A stretch of DNA of 64,000 nt from a virus (IMGVR_UViG_3300037418_001071:440-64439); one strand, 5' to 3'. Positions 16,645 to 26,829 are shown, counted from the stretch's first letter. Translations and numbers: made by a program. The notes: a model not told the origin generated them from the letters alone.

Positions 16645-19353
16645 TCAGGTTGCGGAATAAGTCATGGTGAAGCGATCGTACGGCCAGTAATAAGTCGTTT
16701 CAGGCTCGAACGTACTATCACCCCACCCTGCCGGACTGGTTAAGAGGCCCAGTTCCTCGACATAAATACCGTCGCCATCATTCGGGACCATCGAAGTCCA
16801 ATTAATGCCATCGAAGCTATAGATGCGGAATGTAGCCAGAGAGAAGTGAATGATCCCGTTAATAACTACCGCATTCAGCTCTGGACACCAAGTCGCCGTG
16901 AACATATATGCCGGATAGAAAACATTGGTGACGGCGGTCCAGTTAATACCGTCAGGGCTCGTCATAATGGAATACGCTTGCGTATTTTCCAGCACGCTGC
17001 CAATGATGTTTACCGGTGTGCGCAAAGGATGACTTTCGCCACATGCAATGAAAAGGCCAAGCTCGGATATCCACGTTACGTTATGCCACATCCCGACTGG
17101 AGTGCTGCACAAGTCCCAGTTAATACCATCCGCGCTGGTCACCGCGCCATATCCATCAATGTTGGAGTAGACCGCCGCAAACCTTTCGAGCTCTGGCGAC
17201 CATGCGATGTTAAGCGTGTTGGTTCGTACGCGATCCGGAATTACGGTCAATGGAGTGAGAGTCCATGTGAGCCCTCCGTCATAGCTAATGCCGCTGACTA
17301 AGCCGGCGGCGTTACCAATGCCCACCGTAATGCCAAGGCTCGGTACCGGGAGAACGGAACGCCATAAAACATCAGGCGCACCGATTTGCTCGCGCCATGT
17401 AACACCGCCATCGTCGCTAACCATGGTGTTATATGGCACGTATTCACCCATGAAATAGCTACCACCGGCGAACGTTGGCATTGTGTAGTAGATGAATTTG
17501 CCTGCCTGCTCACTCCAGATAAAGACCGTGTAATAGCGATTCTCGTATATGGAGTGCTCCTCCCACGTCTTGCCGTCCACACTGTGCATGGTCTTTGAAT
17601 CCCCAACGATAGAAACGAGCTTGTGCAGTGAAGGGGACCACTGTGTATCGCCGACTGGGCGCACCGTTGCGGACGGATTCCACACGCGCTTACGTCCAGT
17701 GGTCGTTAGGTATCCTATTTCATCCCTCGTGGTATAACTCAATTGGAACCCGCCCACGGTGACCGCAACTGGATTATCATTTGTAGTCACGCCGGTTGCT
17801 GGTAGCGTTGTTGTGGGCAGTTCGTACTGCACGTTATTGTCAGAGTTGAGATAAGTGACAATTTCATCTTTTGTTATGGGGCGAATTGTCCCGCTTACCT
17901 CTGTCTGCGATGACAACGAGCCATCCACCAGCACGCCTTGAGCGCCGTTGTAGTTGTACCCCAGGATTTTCGCGCCAATTGGCATAAGCAGATCAACCGC
18001 GAAATATCCCTTCGACATCCCGGTTTCCGGGAATATCACAGAGGTGGGAATACTGCCAAGGAACGTGGTTTCTACCGGATTAGGCATGATGAAGCCCGTG
18101 ATAGAGCCTGTTAGCGCACCAGTTCCGCCCCCTGAACCGCCTCCGCCCGCACCGGCGGCACTTCCGCTTGAGCTGATGCCATCGGCCCCGCGCCGGTAGA
18201 TCTTCGACTGCGGGAGGTTCGGGAACCCGCGGTAATTCACCACGTTGTTGAACCGCTGCTGACAGGTCTCGAATGCCTGATTGCACCCGGCCGTCACGGT
18301 ATAGGTATCGCCGACCGAGATCTCGAACGGCATCGGCAGCATCAGCGTTATCACGCCGGGCGCGTAGGCTTTCACCTCCATCGACAGACCGGCGTTCTCG
18401 CCAGAGTTGAACGTGACCAGGCCGTGATCGAAATAGCCGCTCGCGTTCGCCGGATGCGCAAGGCCGCCACTGACGTACGGCGAATACACCTGCAGCGGAT
18501 CCGACACACCAACCGTCTGATCGGCGTTATAAGCCCGGGTGTCGACCGGAATGCGGAAGTGATCCGGATCGATGACAGTTATCTGGAACAGCATCCCGTT
18601 CAGACCGTCGCCGCTCCCGGCATAGAAAACGCCGTCCTTCGTCGCACCAGAAAGCGTGCAGCCGACGATATCCGACAGCTGCACGGTCGTGTTCTGCGCG
18701 AAGCCATGTGTCGGGCACGTGACCACCGCATTTTCCGCCTGAGAGATGTCCGTGATGGTCTTCGCGCCATCCGGGCCGGCTTCAGTGCGGCCAGAGTCGT
18801 AGATCACGCTGTTCGTGCTGTTCGTTCCACCGACCGTGCCTGTTGCGGTGAAAGGCGCCATGTCCACCTTGCAGCGGCTGTCGCCAAGGTCCGCGTTGCA
18901 GTCCTTCGTCATCAGGCGAACAACGGTGCGCGTGTATGCCTGCATCAGGCCGCGCAACTCCGCCGTGAACTTGATGCGCCCGCCCTTCACCTCGCCCAGC
19001 GTACCGGTGCGAAGGATGTTCTTTCCCATGCTTGGGTCGTTGTAATTGACCTCGAACATCTCGATGGCGGCGTAGTCCCACGCGCCGGAATGGATATCGG
19101 CGTCCGTGATCGCCGGCGAGACCAGGAAGCCACTGACCTCCAGGTTGTCCGGATTGAGCTCGGCGGTGTTCTCGACGTCGGAATCGAAAAAGCCGGCGAC
19201 AGATTGATAGGTCACGCCATCGATCACCAGGTCGCGGTCCAGCTTGGTGGCCGCGACAATGGTCCCGTTCTGCAGGGTCGCCTTCCAGCAGGTCGTCAGC
19301 GTCGTCACATCGCTGGCGTAATGGTCGCGCAGCGCAGGGCTCCAGTTTTTCAC
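16645..19353 (-). CDS. Baseplate hub (DUF2163/BR0599-like) with inserted domain and long C-terminal extension
   Basis: N-terminal TTLTTCWK..LDRDL; CNADLGDSRC; GCNQAFETCQQRFNNVVNYRGFPNLP; then Gly linker and Asp-box repeats (SxDGxxW). Confidence 0.85.
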   Translation of the reverse strand: MKNWSPALRDHYASDVTTLTTCWKATLQNGTIVAATKLDRDLVIDGVTYQSVAGFFDSDVENTAELNPDNLEVSGFLVSPAITDADIHSGAWDYAAIEMFEVNYNDPSMGKNILRTGTLGEVKGGRIKFTAELRGLMQAYTRTVVRLMTKDCNADLGDSRCKVDMAPFTATGTVGGTNSTNSVIYDSGRTEAGPDGAKTITDISQAENAVVTCPTHGFAQNTTVQLSDIVGCTLSGATKDGVFYAGSGDGLNGMLFQITVIDPDHFRIPVDTRAYNADQTVGVSDPLQVYSPYVSGGLAHPANASGYFDHGLVTFNSGENAGLSMEVKAYAPGVITLMLPMPFEISVGDTYTVTAGCNQAFETCQQRFNNVVNYRGFPNLPQSKIYRRGADGISSSGSAAGAGGGGSGGGTGALTGSITGFIMPNPVETTFLGSIPTSVIFPETGMSKGYFAVDLLMPIGAKILGYNYNGAQGVLVDGSLSSQTEVSGTIRPITKDEIVTYLNSDNNVQYELPTTTLPATGVTTNDNPVAVTVGGFQLSYTTRDEIGYLTTTGRKRVWNPSATVRPVGDTQWSPSLHKLVSIVGDSKTMHSVDGKTWEEHSIYENRYYTVFIWSEQAGKFIYYTMPTFAGGSYFMGEYVPYNTMVSDDGGVTWREQIGAPDVLWRSVLPVPSLGITVGIGNAAGLVSGISYDGGLTWTLTPLTVIPDRVRTNTLNIAWSPELERFAAVYSNIDGYGAVTSADGINWDLCSTPVGMWHNVTWISELGLFIACGESHPLRTPVNIIGSVLENTQAYSIMTSPDGINWTAVTNVFYPAYMFTATWCPELNAVVINGIIHFSLATFRIYSFDGINWTSMVPNDGDGIYVEELGLLTSPAGWGDSTFEPETTYYWPYDRFTMTYSAT

Positions 19354-19973
19354 AGGCGAAGCTCCGTAATCGGCAGGCTGTACAGGTGGAAAAAGACGTC
19401 CTTGACGTTCGCGGCGCCACCGTGACCGGATGCAGCAATGAACTCCGTGCGCAACTGGTCCGTGTCGAAGCGCACCGGCGTGTCAAATTCGCCGGTCCAT
19501 GTCAAGCTGTCGCCCAGCACGCCAGTGACGACGCCCGTGGTCGTATCGACCGATGCCGTCACCAGAGAGTCGCCGTCGTACACCTTGACGCTGCCAAATA
19601 CCGGCTTGACGATCTTCCGCAGGCCATTGACGCCGCCGGACGGGTACACCTTATACATCTGGTAGCTCCCGGATACGCCGGGAACCGCAACGAGCACGCC
19701 CATACCTTCATCGCGATAGTCGGCCCAGTCCTTGAAGCGGAAGCCCTGCGCCTTGCCCTGTCGCGCGTTGAAAAAGTTCTTCATCGCCTGCAGGTCGTTT
19801 GGCATCATGTCACGCTCGCCAAGTTCCCACTGCCCAAGCGGGAGCGACCAGTTCGCGTTGCGGTACTCGCGCCCGGAGTCAACGACCGTGACGGCCGTAG
19901 AGAATGTCGGGCCGCCCACGGTGCGATAGACGATCAGGTTGTCGTCGATCCTGACCTCGGCAAATCCTGTCAT
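19350..19973 (-). CDS. Distal tail protein (DUF2460/TIGR02217-like)
   Basis: GGPTFSTAV..SGREYRNANW; ARQGKAQGFRFKDWADY; GEFDTPVRFDTD. Confidence 0.9.
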   Translation of the reverse strand: MTGFAEVRIDDNLIVYRTVGGPTFSTAVTVVDSGREYRNANWSLPLGQWELGERDMMPNDLQAMKNFFNARQGKAQGFRFKDWADYRDEGMGVLVAVPGVSGSYQMYKVYPSGGVNGLRKIVKPVFGSVKVYDGDSLVTASVDTTTGVVTGVLGDSLTWTGEFDTPVRFDTDQLRTEFIAASGHGGAANVKDVFFHLYSLPITELRL

Positions 19974-22900
19974 CCGTTTCTCCTTGCTGCACGCTGCACG
20001 CCGAGAGAGGCCTGAAGCGCGATCTGCGACTGTGTCTCCCTCGTCACTGAGCCGGCAACGGTGAAGTTGTTCGTCACGTGTGTCGGCCCCTGCCGCAAGC
20101 CGCCGGAGCGGATGCGGTCGGCGTCATACTTCGGCACTATCATTTCGCCCTGGTGGATCTGCGCGATCATGTCCTGGGGGACGCTATCGGTGCCAACATC
20201 GAAGCTCATCAGGCTAGAGAACCAATCTCCAATGCCAGCGAAAAGGCCGCCTCCCGAGGCGCCGTTGACCATCGAAATATCCGCGTTGGCATCAGGCGCA
20301 CCCGACTTTCCACCGCCGAACAGGCCGCCCAGAAAGCCGCCGGAGCCAAACAGCGATCCGCCGCCGCTGATCCCGCCCATGTTCACGCCACCCTGGCCGA
20401 ACAGCGACTCGAACAACTGCTTGCCAAGCTGCTCCGCCACCAACTGATTCACGACGTTGGCGATGTTGTTGCCGAAGTCCTTGAATGCGGCGCTGGCGGA
20501 CTTCGAGCCGGAAATGACGTCTCGGAACAGTCCGGTGAAGCTGTTTTGGAGACCGTTGTCCAGCGTCTGCTTGACGCGCATGGTCTCCGGATTCATCTCG
20601 GACAGCGTCGCGTCGTTCTTCGCCTGCGCCAGATCCAGCGTTTTCAGGCGTTGGTCCTTCACAGCCTGCGGGGCGTCTGATGCCTGGATCAGCGCGCGCT
20701 CCTTCGCGATCAGCTCGTCGAGTTGGCGCGCTTCCTGCTGCCGCAGGGCGAAGACCTTCTGCTCGGCTTGATACCGGGTCAGGCTACCGGATTTGACCAG
20801 GGCATCAACCGCCGCTTCCTTGGTCTGCGTTTCCTCGTGCACCTTCTTGACCGCGTCGCCGTACTCTTCCCATGCTGCGGTCAGTTTGGCTGTGTCGATG
20901 GCCTGCTGCGCGAGTTTTGCGTGCTCCGTGTCGCCATTGAGCAGGTATTCCGTCTTGTCCTTCGTGAGGCGTTGGACTTCGCGAGCCAGAGCTGCCTGGT
21001 TCTTCTTTCCTTCCGCCTGCAGTTGTTGAGCGTCGAGCTGTAGGCCCTTCTCTTTCAGCGCGTTCAGATCTTTCTGGCGCTGGACTTCGACCGATTTTTC
21101 GTTGTCCGACAGGTCGCGCTTGCGCAGTTCGATCTCGGTATTGGCGCGGTTCACACCCGCCTTGTCGCCCTGCTTCTGGTACGCCGCCCTTTCGCGCTCG
21201 AGCTCGGCGATCTGCGCGTTGACGCTCTTGCGCACCGTGGCCAGCTTGTCGTCGTAGTACTCGTTGATCGAGATCTTGTTGGCCTTGTAGAGCTCCTCCT
21301 CGGCCTTCATGTGGCGAGCTAGCTCGTCTTCTTCCAGGCGCAAGTCGTTCTTGGCGTCGTCGAGGTTGGCGTCGTAGTTCTTGAAGCGTCCACTTCCCGT
21401 ACCGCCGCCAAGTCCGGATGCGCCGGCCTTGTTCGCGGCCAGTCGCGCAGCGATTTCTTTCTCGCGCTTGATCTTGTCCTCGACAGCCTTGGCGGCTGGC
21501 GTCACCTCTTCGCCGCGGTCCCAATCGCTGGATGCACCGCCGCGCACGCCCCTCGTCGCCGGCTTGGCGCCACCATTACTGAGTTCGACCAGCTTATGGA
21601 CGCGCGCCCGGTTGTTTGCCTCGACCTGAGCATCGGCTGCATCCTTCGACAGGAAGCCGAAGAACTCCTTCGTCCGGATCCACATGTTTTTGAAGTCGTT
21701 GACCACGCGGTCCGAGAGGATCGTGGCCCAATCACCGACCGAACGCCCAAACACGTTGAGCTTCGAGATCCAGTCGCCAAGGCCGGTATCCCAGATCAGC
21801 AGGATGACGCCGATCGGGCCAGCCAGGCGCAGCAGGAAGCGCAGGATCATCGGGATAGCGGTCGCAATGATGCCCCCGACGCCGGAGACCACCGTACCGA
21901 AGCCACCGAATGATCCGGCTGTCACGCCGAGAATCGCGCCGAGCGGCCCGAACAGGCGCGTCACGCCGGCGATCAGCAGGGATACGCTGCCCAGCGCCCC
22001 GGACAGGCCAAGAATGAAGCCAAACACCGGATGATCCTGGCTCAGGTGGCCAAGTACTTCGAGAATCTTGGTAAAACCCTCAAGCAGTGGGTTCAGCACC
22101 GGCAAAAGCGTGGTGCCGATCGCAATGGCGAGGTCGTTGATAGCCTTGTGGAAGCGCTCCCAGTTGGCGGCAGACAGCTTTTCGCCGTTCTTGACCTGCT
22201 CATCCTTGCCGGCCGCCTGGTTGATGTTGGCCGAGTCCTTCTCGATGAGCTCCTTCTTGGACAGCAGCTGGAATGCAGCCTCAGCCGCGTTCCGGTTCGG
22301 GAACAGGACGTCAGTCTTGCTCTTGACTTCGCTCAGGTCGTCCATGTTCACGCCGGCAGCGATCAGCGCCGGGCGCAGGTATTCGTCAACCCAGCGCTTG
22401 AAGTTCTTGCCGACGATATCCGTGCCCGCAATGGCGCCAGCCTGGATGCTGGTGACGCGGTTCGTGTTCTCGTTGATGTTGACCTTTTCTGGATCAACGA
22501 GGCCGAGCTTCATCCACTCGTCACGGTTTTTGGTCGTGATCGCGTTCGCCTTCGTGATGCTGTTGACGAACGAAGTCAGCATCGTACCGACGCGACCACC
22601 GGTGCCGCCGCCGATCGTGTCCTGCTCGATCATGGCGGCGAACGTCACCAGGGCGTCGTCATCCATCGTGCGGCCGAGACCACCCTTGGCGTATGTCAGG
22701 TTGCCGAACAGGTTGTTCGGGTTCACGCGCCCCTGCGTGGCAGCAACGATCTTTGTGACGAGGTCCTGTTGCGCGGCCATCGCGGCCGGGTCCATGGTCA
22801 CGCCGCGGCCCTCGAGGAACTTCGCGAAGTTCAGCGTGCCCTGCTCGTCGAGCTTCTTCCCGCTCGGCATCGACAGGTTGATGGCGAAGACGGACTGCGC

Positions 22901-23617
22901 GAAGCCTTTCAGCCCTTCCGCCGCTTCGTGCGCGCTGCCGGTGGCGTTGCGCAGGTCGATCGCCATCTCCAGCAGTTCGTTCTGGTCGAACTGGTGGAAG
23001 TCGCGACCAGTCTGGCGAACGGACTGGTGGATCGCGTCGGACTCGTCAGGCCGCAGATTCATGTTGCGCAGGCGGTTGTCCGTGCGCTCGTACTCGGCCG
23101 CGTCCTGAATGGAGGTCTTCAGGCCCTTCTCGATCTTGAAGGCGGCCCACAGTTCACCCATGCCGCGAATCGATGCGGCGAGCGCATTCACGTGCGTCCC
23201 AGCGCCCTGCGCGCCAGTGCCGACCGCGTTCATCGCGGCGCCGGCTTCCGTGCTGGCCGCAACCGCGGCGCTACCAACACCCGCAAGGCCCGCGCTCGTC
23301 AGACTCAGTTGTCCGACTATGCGTTCGAGCGACAGCGACAGTGCCGCCATCGTCGTTTCCAGGCGCGCGGTCTCGCCGGCAGCCGCGCCGGCCTGCGTGC
23401 CGACGGTGCCAAGTTCAGCAGCGGCGCCGGCGGAGTTGGTCTTGACCAGGCCCAGCGAGGCGCCGAGCGCATCCATGCTGCCAGCAAGGCCAGCCAGGCG
23501 CGACGACACGCCAGAAACCGCTGACTCCAGCGCTTCGAGCGTCGAGATGAACGCCCGCACCGGAGCACTGGCCGTGTCGACCAGATTCAGGCGCATTTCG
23601 ATGTTCATGGATGCCAT
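19970..23617 (-). CDS. Tape measure protein
   Basis: 1215 aa, Ala/Gly-rich helical with central hydrophobic segment; C-terminal FDVGTDSVPQDMIAQIHQGEMIVP. Confidence 0.9.
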   Translation of the reverse strand: MASMNIEMRLNLVDTASAPVRAFISTLEALESAVSGVSSRLAGLAGSMDALGASLGLVKTNSAGAAAELGTVGTQAGAAAGETARLETTMAALSLSLERIVGQLSLTSAGLAGVGSAAVAASTEAGAAMNAVGTGAQGAGTHVNALAASIRGMGELWAAFKIEKGLKTSIQDAAEYERTDNRLRNMNLRPDESDAIHQSVRQTGRDFHQFDQNELLEMAIDLRNATGSAHEAAEGLKGFAQSVFAINLSMPSGKKLDEQGTLNFAKFLEGRGVTMDPAAMAAQQDLVTKIVAATQGRVNPNNLFGNLTYAKGGLGRTMDDDALVTFAAMIEQDTIGGGTGGRVGTMLTSFVNSITKANAITTKNRDEWMKLGLVDPEKVNINENTNRVTSIQAGAIAGTDIVGKNFKRWVDEYLRPALIAAGVNMDDLSEVKSKTDVLFPNRNAAEAAFQLLSKKELIEKDSANINQAAGKDEQVKNGEKLSAANWERFHKAINDLAIAIGTTLLPVLNPLLEGFTKILEVLGHLSQDHPVFGFILGLSGALGSVSLLIAGVTRLFGPLGAILGVTAGSFGGFGTVVSGVGGIIATAIPMILRFLLRLAGPIGVILLIWDTGLGDWISKLNVFGRSVGDWATILSDRVVNDFKNMWIRTKEFFGFLSKDAADAQVEANNRARVHKLVELSNGGAKPATRGVRGGASSDWDRGEEVTPAAKAVEDKIKREKEIAARLAANKAGASGLGGGTGSGRFKNYDANLDDAKNDLRLEEDELARHMKAEEELYKANKISINEYYDDKLATVRKSVNAQIAELERERAAYQKQGDKAGVNRANTEIELRKRDLSDNEKSVEVQRQKDLNALKEKGLQLDAQQLQAEGKKNQAALAREVQRLTKDKTEYLLNGDTEHAKLAQQAIDTAKLTAAWEEYGDAVKKVHEETQTKEAAVDALVKSGSLTRYQAEQKVFALRQQEARQLDELIAKERALIQASDAPQAVKDQRLKTLDLAQAKNDATLSEMNPETMRVKQTLDNGLQNSFTGLFRDVISGSKSASAAFKDFGNNIANVVNQLVAEQLGKQLFESLFGQGGVNMGGISGGGSLFGSGGFLGGLFGGGKSGAPDANADISMVNGASGGGLFAGIGDWFSSLMSFDVGTDSVPQDMIAQIHQGEMIVPKYDADRIRSGGLRQGPTHVTNNFTVAGSVTRETQSQIALQASLGVQRAARRNG

Positions 23618-23650
23618 GGACGCTCACTTGGTTATGTTATATTTACAACA

Positions 23651-24193
23651 ATGCGCAAACTCTTCGCCAACCTGGCCGGCATGTGCATGCTCGCCCTGCT
23701 CATCGCGGGAGCCGGCTGGTATGTCTCGCGCATCCCCTGGGAAGACACAGCCGTCATCGCCGTCGTGATCTTCCTGGCGTGGCGATCGATGCGCGACCAG
23801 GCATTGCGCCGCGACTCGATGCTGCGCACCTCCGACGTATCGGCGCTTTCGCCACTCGCCTATGAGGACTACTGCGCCGTTGTACTGCGCGACGCCGGCT
23901 GGCGGGCGCATACGACGCCGCTACAGGATCAGGGCGTCGATGTCATCGCCGTCCTGCGCGGAACGAAAGTTGCGATCCAGTGCAAGAAGTACGCGCACCC
24001 GGTCGGGAATCGCGCCGTGCAGGAGGTTGTCGCCGGCCGGCTGCATTACGGGGCGCACTTGGCCGTCGTCGTCAGTCCGGCGCCCTATACACGGTCCGCG
24101 CAGGTGCTTGCGGCCAGCACTCAGGTGCTACTGCTGCACCACGATCAACTGCACCAGTTGGAGCGGCTGGCGCAGATCCCGAGGAAACGCTAG
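23651..24193 (+). CDS. Membrane-anchored Mrr-like restriction endonuclease (moron)
   Basis: Two N-terminal TM helices; YEDYCA..L...G; DQGVDVIA; IQCKKY; VGNRAVQEV. Confidence 0.85.
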   Translation: MRKLFANLAGMCMLALLIAGAGWYVSRIPWEDTAVIAVVIFLAWRSMRDQALRRDSMLRTSDVSALSPLAYEDYCAVVLRDAGWRAHTTPLQDQGVDVIAVLRGTKVAIQCKKYAHPVGNRAVQEVVAGRLHYGAHLAVVVSPAPYTRSAQVLAASTQVLLLHHDQLHQLERLAQIPRKR

Positions 24194-24459
24194 CGCTCGG
24201 TCATTGCCTTGACAGCCTCATTGATCTTGTCGCCCTCGGCATTCGCAGCCATCCAGCCGTGCACAAGGCGCTGTGCCGCTTCTTCCCGCTCGAGCACACT
24301 CCCCTCGCGCAGGAACAGCTTGATCTGGCTTAGGGTATAACCGGGGATGTCGCCCCATCGGTGGCCGGCGCGGATGAGGCGGGCGACGACGGCGCCCCAG
24401 TCCCACTCACGGCTTGCGTGAGACGCTGCAGAACGGGAGACATCCGCTGGACGAAAAAA
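24190..24459 (-). CDS. Tail assembly chaperone GT extension (-1 frameshift product)
   Basis: Slippery T TTT TTC at 24453-24459; the -1 frame is open (FFRPADVS...WDWGAVVARLIRAGHRWGDIPGYTLSQIKLFL...) to TAG at 24190. Confidence 0.75.
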   Translation of the reverse strand, partial: FFRPADVSRSAASHASREWDWGAVVARLIRAGHRWGDIPGYTLSQIKLFLREGSVLEREEAAQRLVHGWMAANAEGDKINEAVKAMTER

Positions 24460-24749
24460 TCCCGGTTCACCTGGATGACTGCGGCCATCAGGTTAAGGCC
24501 CTCGTCGGACGGCAGCGTGTCGAACCATGGGCGAGGCTTGTTCGCCGCCAGACACAACAGTTGCAGAAGGTCTTCGCCGCCAGCCGACGCGATTTCCATG
24601 AGGTCGCCGCCTTCAATGACGCCCTTGATCTTGGCGAAGATCTTTGCAACTTGTGGGATCTGGCCGAACGCGAACGGGGAAACCTTGATGGTCTCCCCGC
24701 CGGCGTCGACCTCTTGGCCCGGAAACAGGGCTTTCAGGTCTTCGCTCAT
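24330..24749 (-). CDS. Tail assembly chaperone G
   Basis: Between tail tube and tape measure; ends with the NRDFF slippery motif. Confidence 0.8.
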   Translation of the reverse strand: MSEDLKALFPGQEVDAGGETIKVSPFAFGQIPQVAKIFAKIKGVIEGGDLMEIASAGGEDLLQLLCLAANKPRPWFDTLPSDEGLNLMAAVIQVNRDFFVQRMSPVLQRLTQAVSGTGAPSSPASSAPATDGATSPVIP

Positions 24750-24752
24750 GGG

Positions 24753-25511
24753 TTAGCTTTTCGTTACGGTAAAGAACTGGCTGAGCGGCGAATCGCTGGT
24801 CGGCAGCGGCTTGGCCTGATCCTGCAGCAGCATGCCATCGAGCTCGAAATTCATGTGCTTTTTCGTGATCATGTCCAGCGTCTTGGCCATATCCGGCGCC
24901 CACTGGTAGCACTCGACCTTGACGGGCTGGTTCGAGTTCGCGGTATTGATGCCCAGCAGCAGGACCGAGAACACCGGCTGATTGTTGGTGAAGGCTTCAA
25001 CCTTGCCGCTGTAGGCAGCGTAGCTGTACGACGCAGTCGTCGTCATCGGGAAGCTGGCCTCCGACGTCGCCAGGATCGTGACGGCACCAAGGCGCTCGTC
25101 GACGGTGAAGTCGACGCCTTCGGTCAGGCCGGAGATCGTCACGCTCGACACGCCGGGGTGCGCCAGCGGCGCGACCGAATCGGCGTACAGCACGATCGGC
25201 TCGCCGGAAACGGTGCCGGCGTCCACGGCGCCCGATTGCGTGCCCCAGACGGCTTTCTCCCAGTTGTCCAGCTTGATGTTCAGCAGGCGCATCTTGACCG
25301 AGATCGATGTTTCGGTCGGGATGTGCGCGGCGGTCAGACCGAGGCCGGTCTGGCTTTCGTTGATGTCCTCGAACTTCTGCTTCGGGTCGATCGTGAACAT
25401 GTCGGCGTCGCCCACGGGCTTGTAGCCGCCGGTGAGCGCGCCATTCATGACGCGCGGCGCCAGGAACAACTGCCCCTGGAACAGGCCGTAGGAATTGTCA
25501 TTGTATGCCAT
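24753..25511 (-). CDS. Major tail tube protein
   Basis: YGLFQGQLFLA...VGDADMFTIDPK; acidic beta-rich; upstream of the chaperone. Confidence 0.75.
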   Translation of the reverse strand: MAYNDNSYGLFQGQLFLAPRVMNGALTGGYKPVGDADMFTIDPKQKFEDINESQTGLGLTAAHIPTETSISVKMRLLNIKLDNWEKAVWGTQSGAVDAGTVSGEPIVLYADSVAPLAHPGVSSVTISGLTEGVDFTVDERLGAVTILATSEASFPMTTTASYSYAAYSGKVEAFTNNQPVFSVLLLGINTANSNQPVKVECYQWAPDMAKTLDMITKKHMNFELDGMLLQDQAKPLPTSDSPLSQFFTVTKS

Positions 25512-25537
25512 GATGATTTACCTTTCGGGGGAGTTGA

Positions 25538-26326
25538 TTAGGCGGCGGAGATGTCGCGGTCGGTCTTGGCGACGATCTTGATGACGTTGCCGGAGGTGCC
25601 GCCCGAGGTGACGGTGATGCCGGTCACGTCAACGAACACCTTCGTGGTGTCGGACAGGTTCGTCTCGGTGCCATCGGTCAGCGTCGAGATTGATACGGTC
25701 AGCGTCGCAGTCGTGCCGTCGAACTTCTTGCCGGTGATCGACAGCGCGGTCGTCGCGGTCAGCGCGCCGACGTTCTTGGCGACCAGCTTGGCGCCGCTGT
25801 ATTTGGTTTTGTCGATCGCAGCCAGGTGCGTATAGGTGCCGGTCGTGGCGCCGGTGACGTTCACGCGTGCGATGTCCAGGTCTGCGCCGATGAACACGTT
25901 CTTGGCCGACAGCGTCTTGAGGTGATCGGTGAAGGCCGCGTGGAAGCGCAGCGTCGGCGCCGAGGCGTTCAGCGTCGACAGGTAGGCGTCCAAATTCGCG
26001 GCGCCGGCATAGCGCTTCACGTGCGTGTCCAGCGCCTTGAGCTGCGCGCTGATGCCCGGAATGCCGAGCAGGAAGCCGGTCGGCACGACGGGGTGCGATT
26101 CGTCGAGGTCGCGCGCGGCCGGCAGCAGGTCGGCGGTCACGGCTTCGTCGTCGGTGTCAAGCAGGTACTGCGCGATGCTGCCCGAGCCGGACAGCACGGC
26201 ATTGCTTGCGGCATCGAGGCCGGCGGTGAACGAGCTGTCGAAGGCCGGATCGCCGACCGACATGGCGGCGAAGCGTGCGAGCTTATCGCCGATGGCCTGG
26301 AGGTCGGAATTGCTGATGAGAGGCAT
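25538..26326 (-). CDS. Unknown virion structural protein
   Basis: 262 aa, strong RBS, Thr-rich beta C-terminus; in the neck/tail operon. Confidence 0.6.
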   Translation of the reverse strand: MPLISNSDLQAIGDKLARFAAMSVGDPAFDSSFTAGLDAASNAVLSGSGSIAQYLLDTDDEAVTADLLPAARDLDESHPVVPTGFLLGIPGISAQLKALDTHVKRYAGAANLDAYLSTLNASAPTLRFHAAFTDHLKTLSAKNVFIGADLDIARVNVTGATTGTYTHLAAIDKTKYSGAKLVAKNVGALTATTALSITGKKFDGTTATLTVSISTLTDGTETNLSDTTKVFVDVTGITVTSGGTSGNVIKIVAKTDRDISAA

Positions 26327-26379
26327 GGTATTTCCTTATTTACGAGGTAGAGAAACCCGCTCATCGCGGGCGGGTGCTG

Positions 26380-26829
26380 CTACATGAAACCGTCGATGGT
26401 GTAATGCTGTTCGTACGCGAGACGGTCCGGATAGACCATCGCGAGCTTCTGTCCGATGTATCGCCAACGGTGGCCGGATGGCGCCGCGCGGCCGCTGTCA
26501 CGCACCGCGGCGATCACCGATTCCAGCAGCGGTAACTGCACCGTCAACAGATCGTCCTGGCTTACGTATGGGACGTAGATCACGACGCTGAACACCATCT
26601 GGATGTTCTCGCCGTTCGGGATCAGGCCGCCGCGCCCGCCGGACTGCGACGAGCCGTACGGGCTCTCGTCCACCTGATCCTTGCCGAACATGATCCAGGC
26701 GGCCGGCAGTGGAATCTTGGTCAGCGCCGGGTCAGCGCCGCGCCCACCGATCGCCAGCCCCGAGCTGTTCGCCAGCGCCGGCACGGAGGTCACACGCTCG
26801 ACGAGGTCGGCGGCGATGTCAGCTATCAT
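26380..26829 (-). CDS. Tail terminator-like (Mu gp37-like) protein
   Basis: Start at MIADIAADLVER; LPAAWIMF..., YEQHY C-terminus; position. Confidence 0.55.
   Translation of the reverse strand: MIADIAADLVERVTSVPALANSSGLAIGGRGADPALTKIPLPAAWIMFGKDQVDESPYGSSQSGGRGGLIPNGENIQMVFSVVIYVPYVSQDDLLTVQLPLLESVIAAVRDSGRAAPSGHRWRYIGQKLAMVYPDRLAYEQHYTIDGFM

Noticed and set aside
22031-23524. 497-aa plus-strand ORF
   Set aside because: Antisense shadow of the tape measure gene caused by GC codon bias; no motifs
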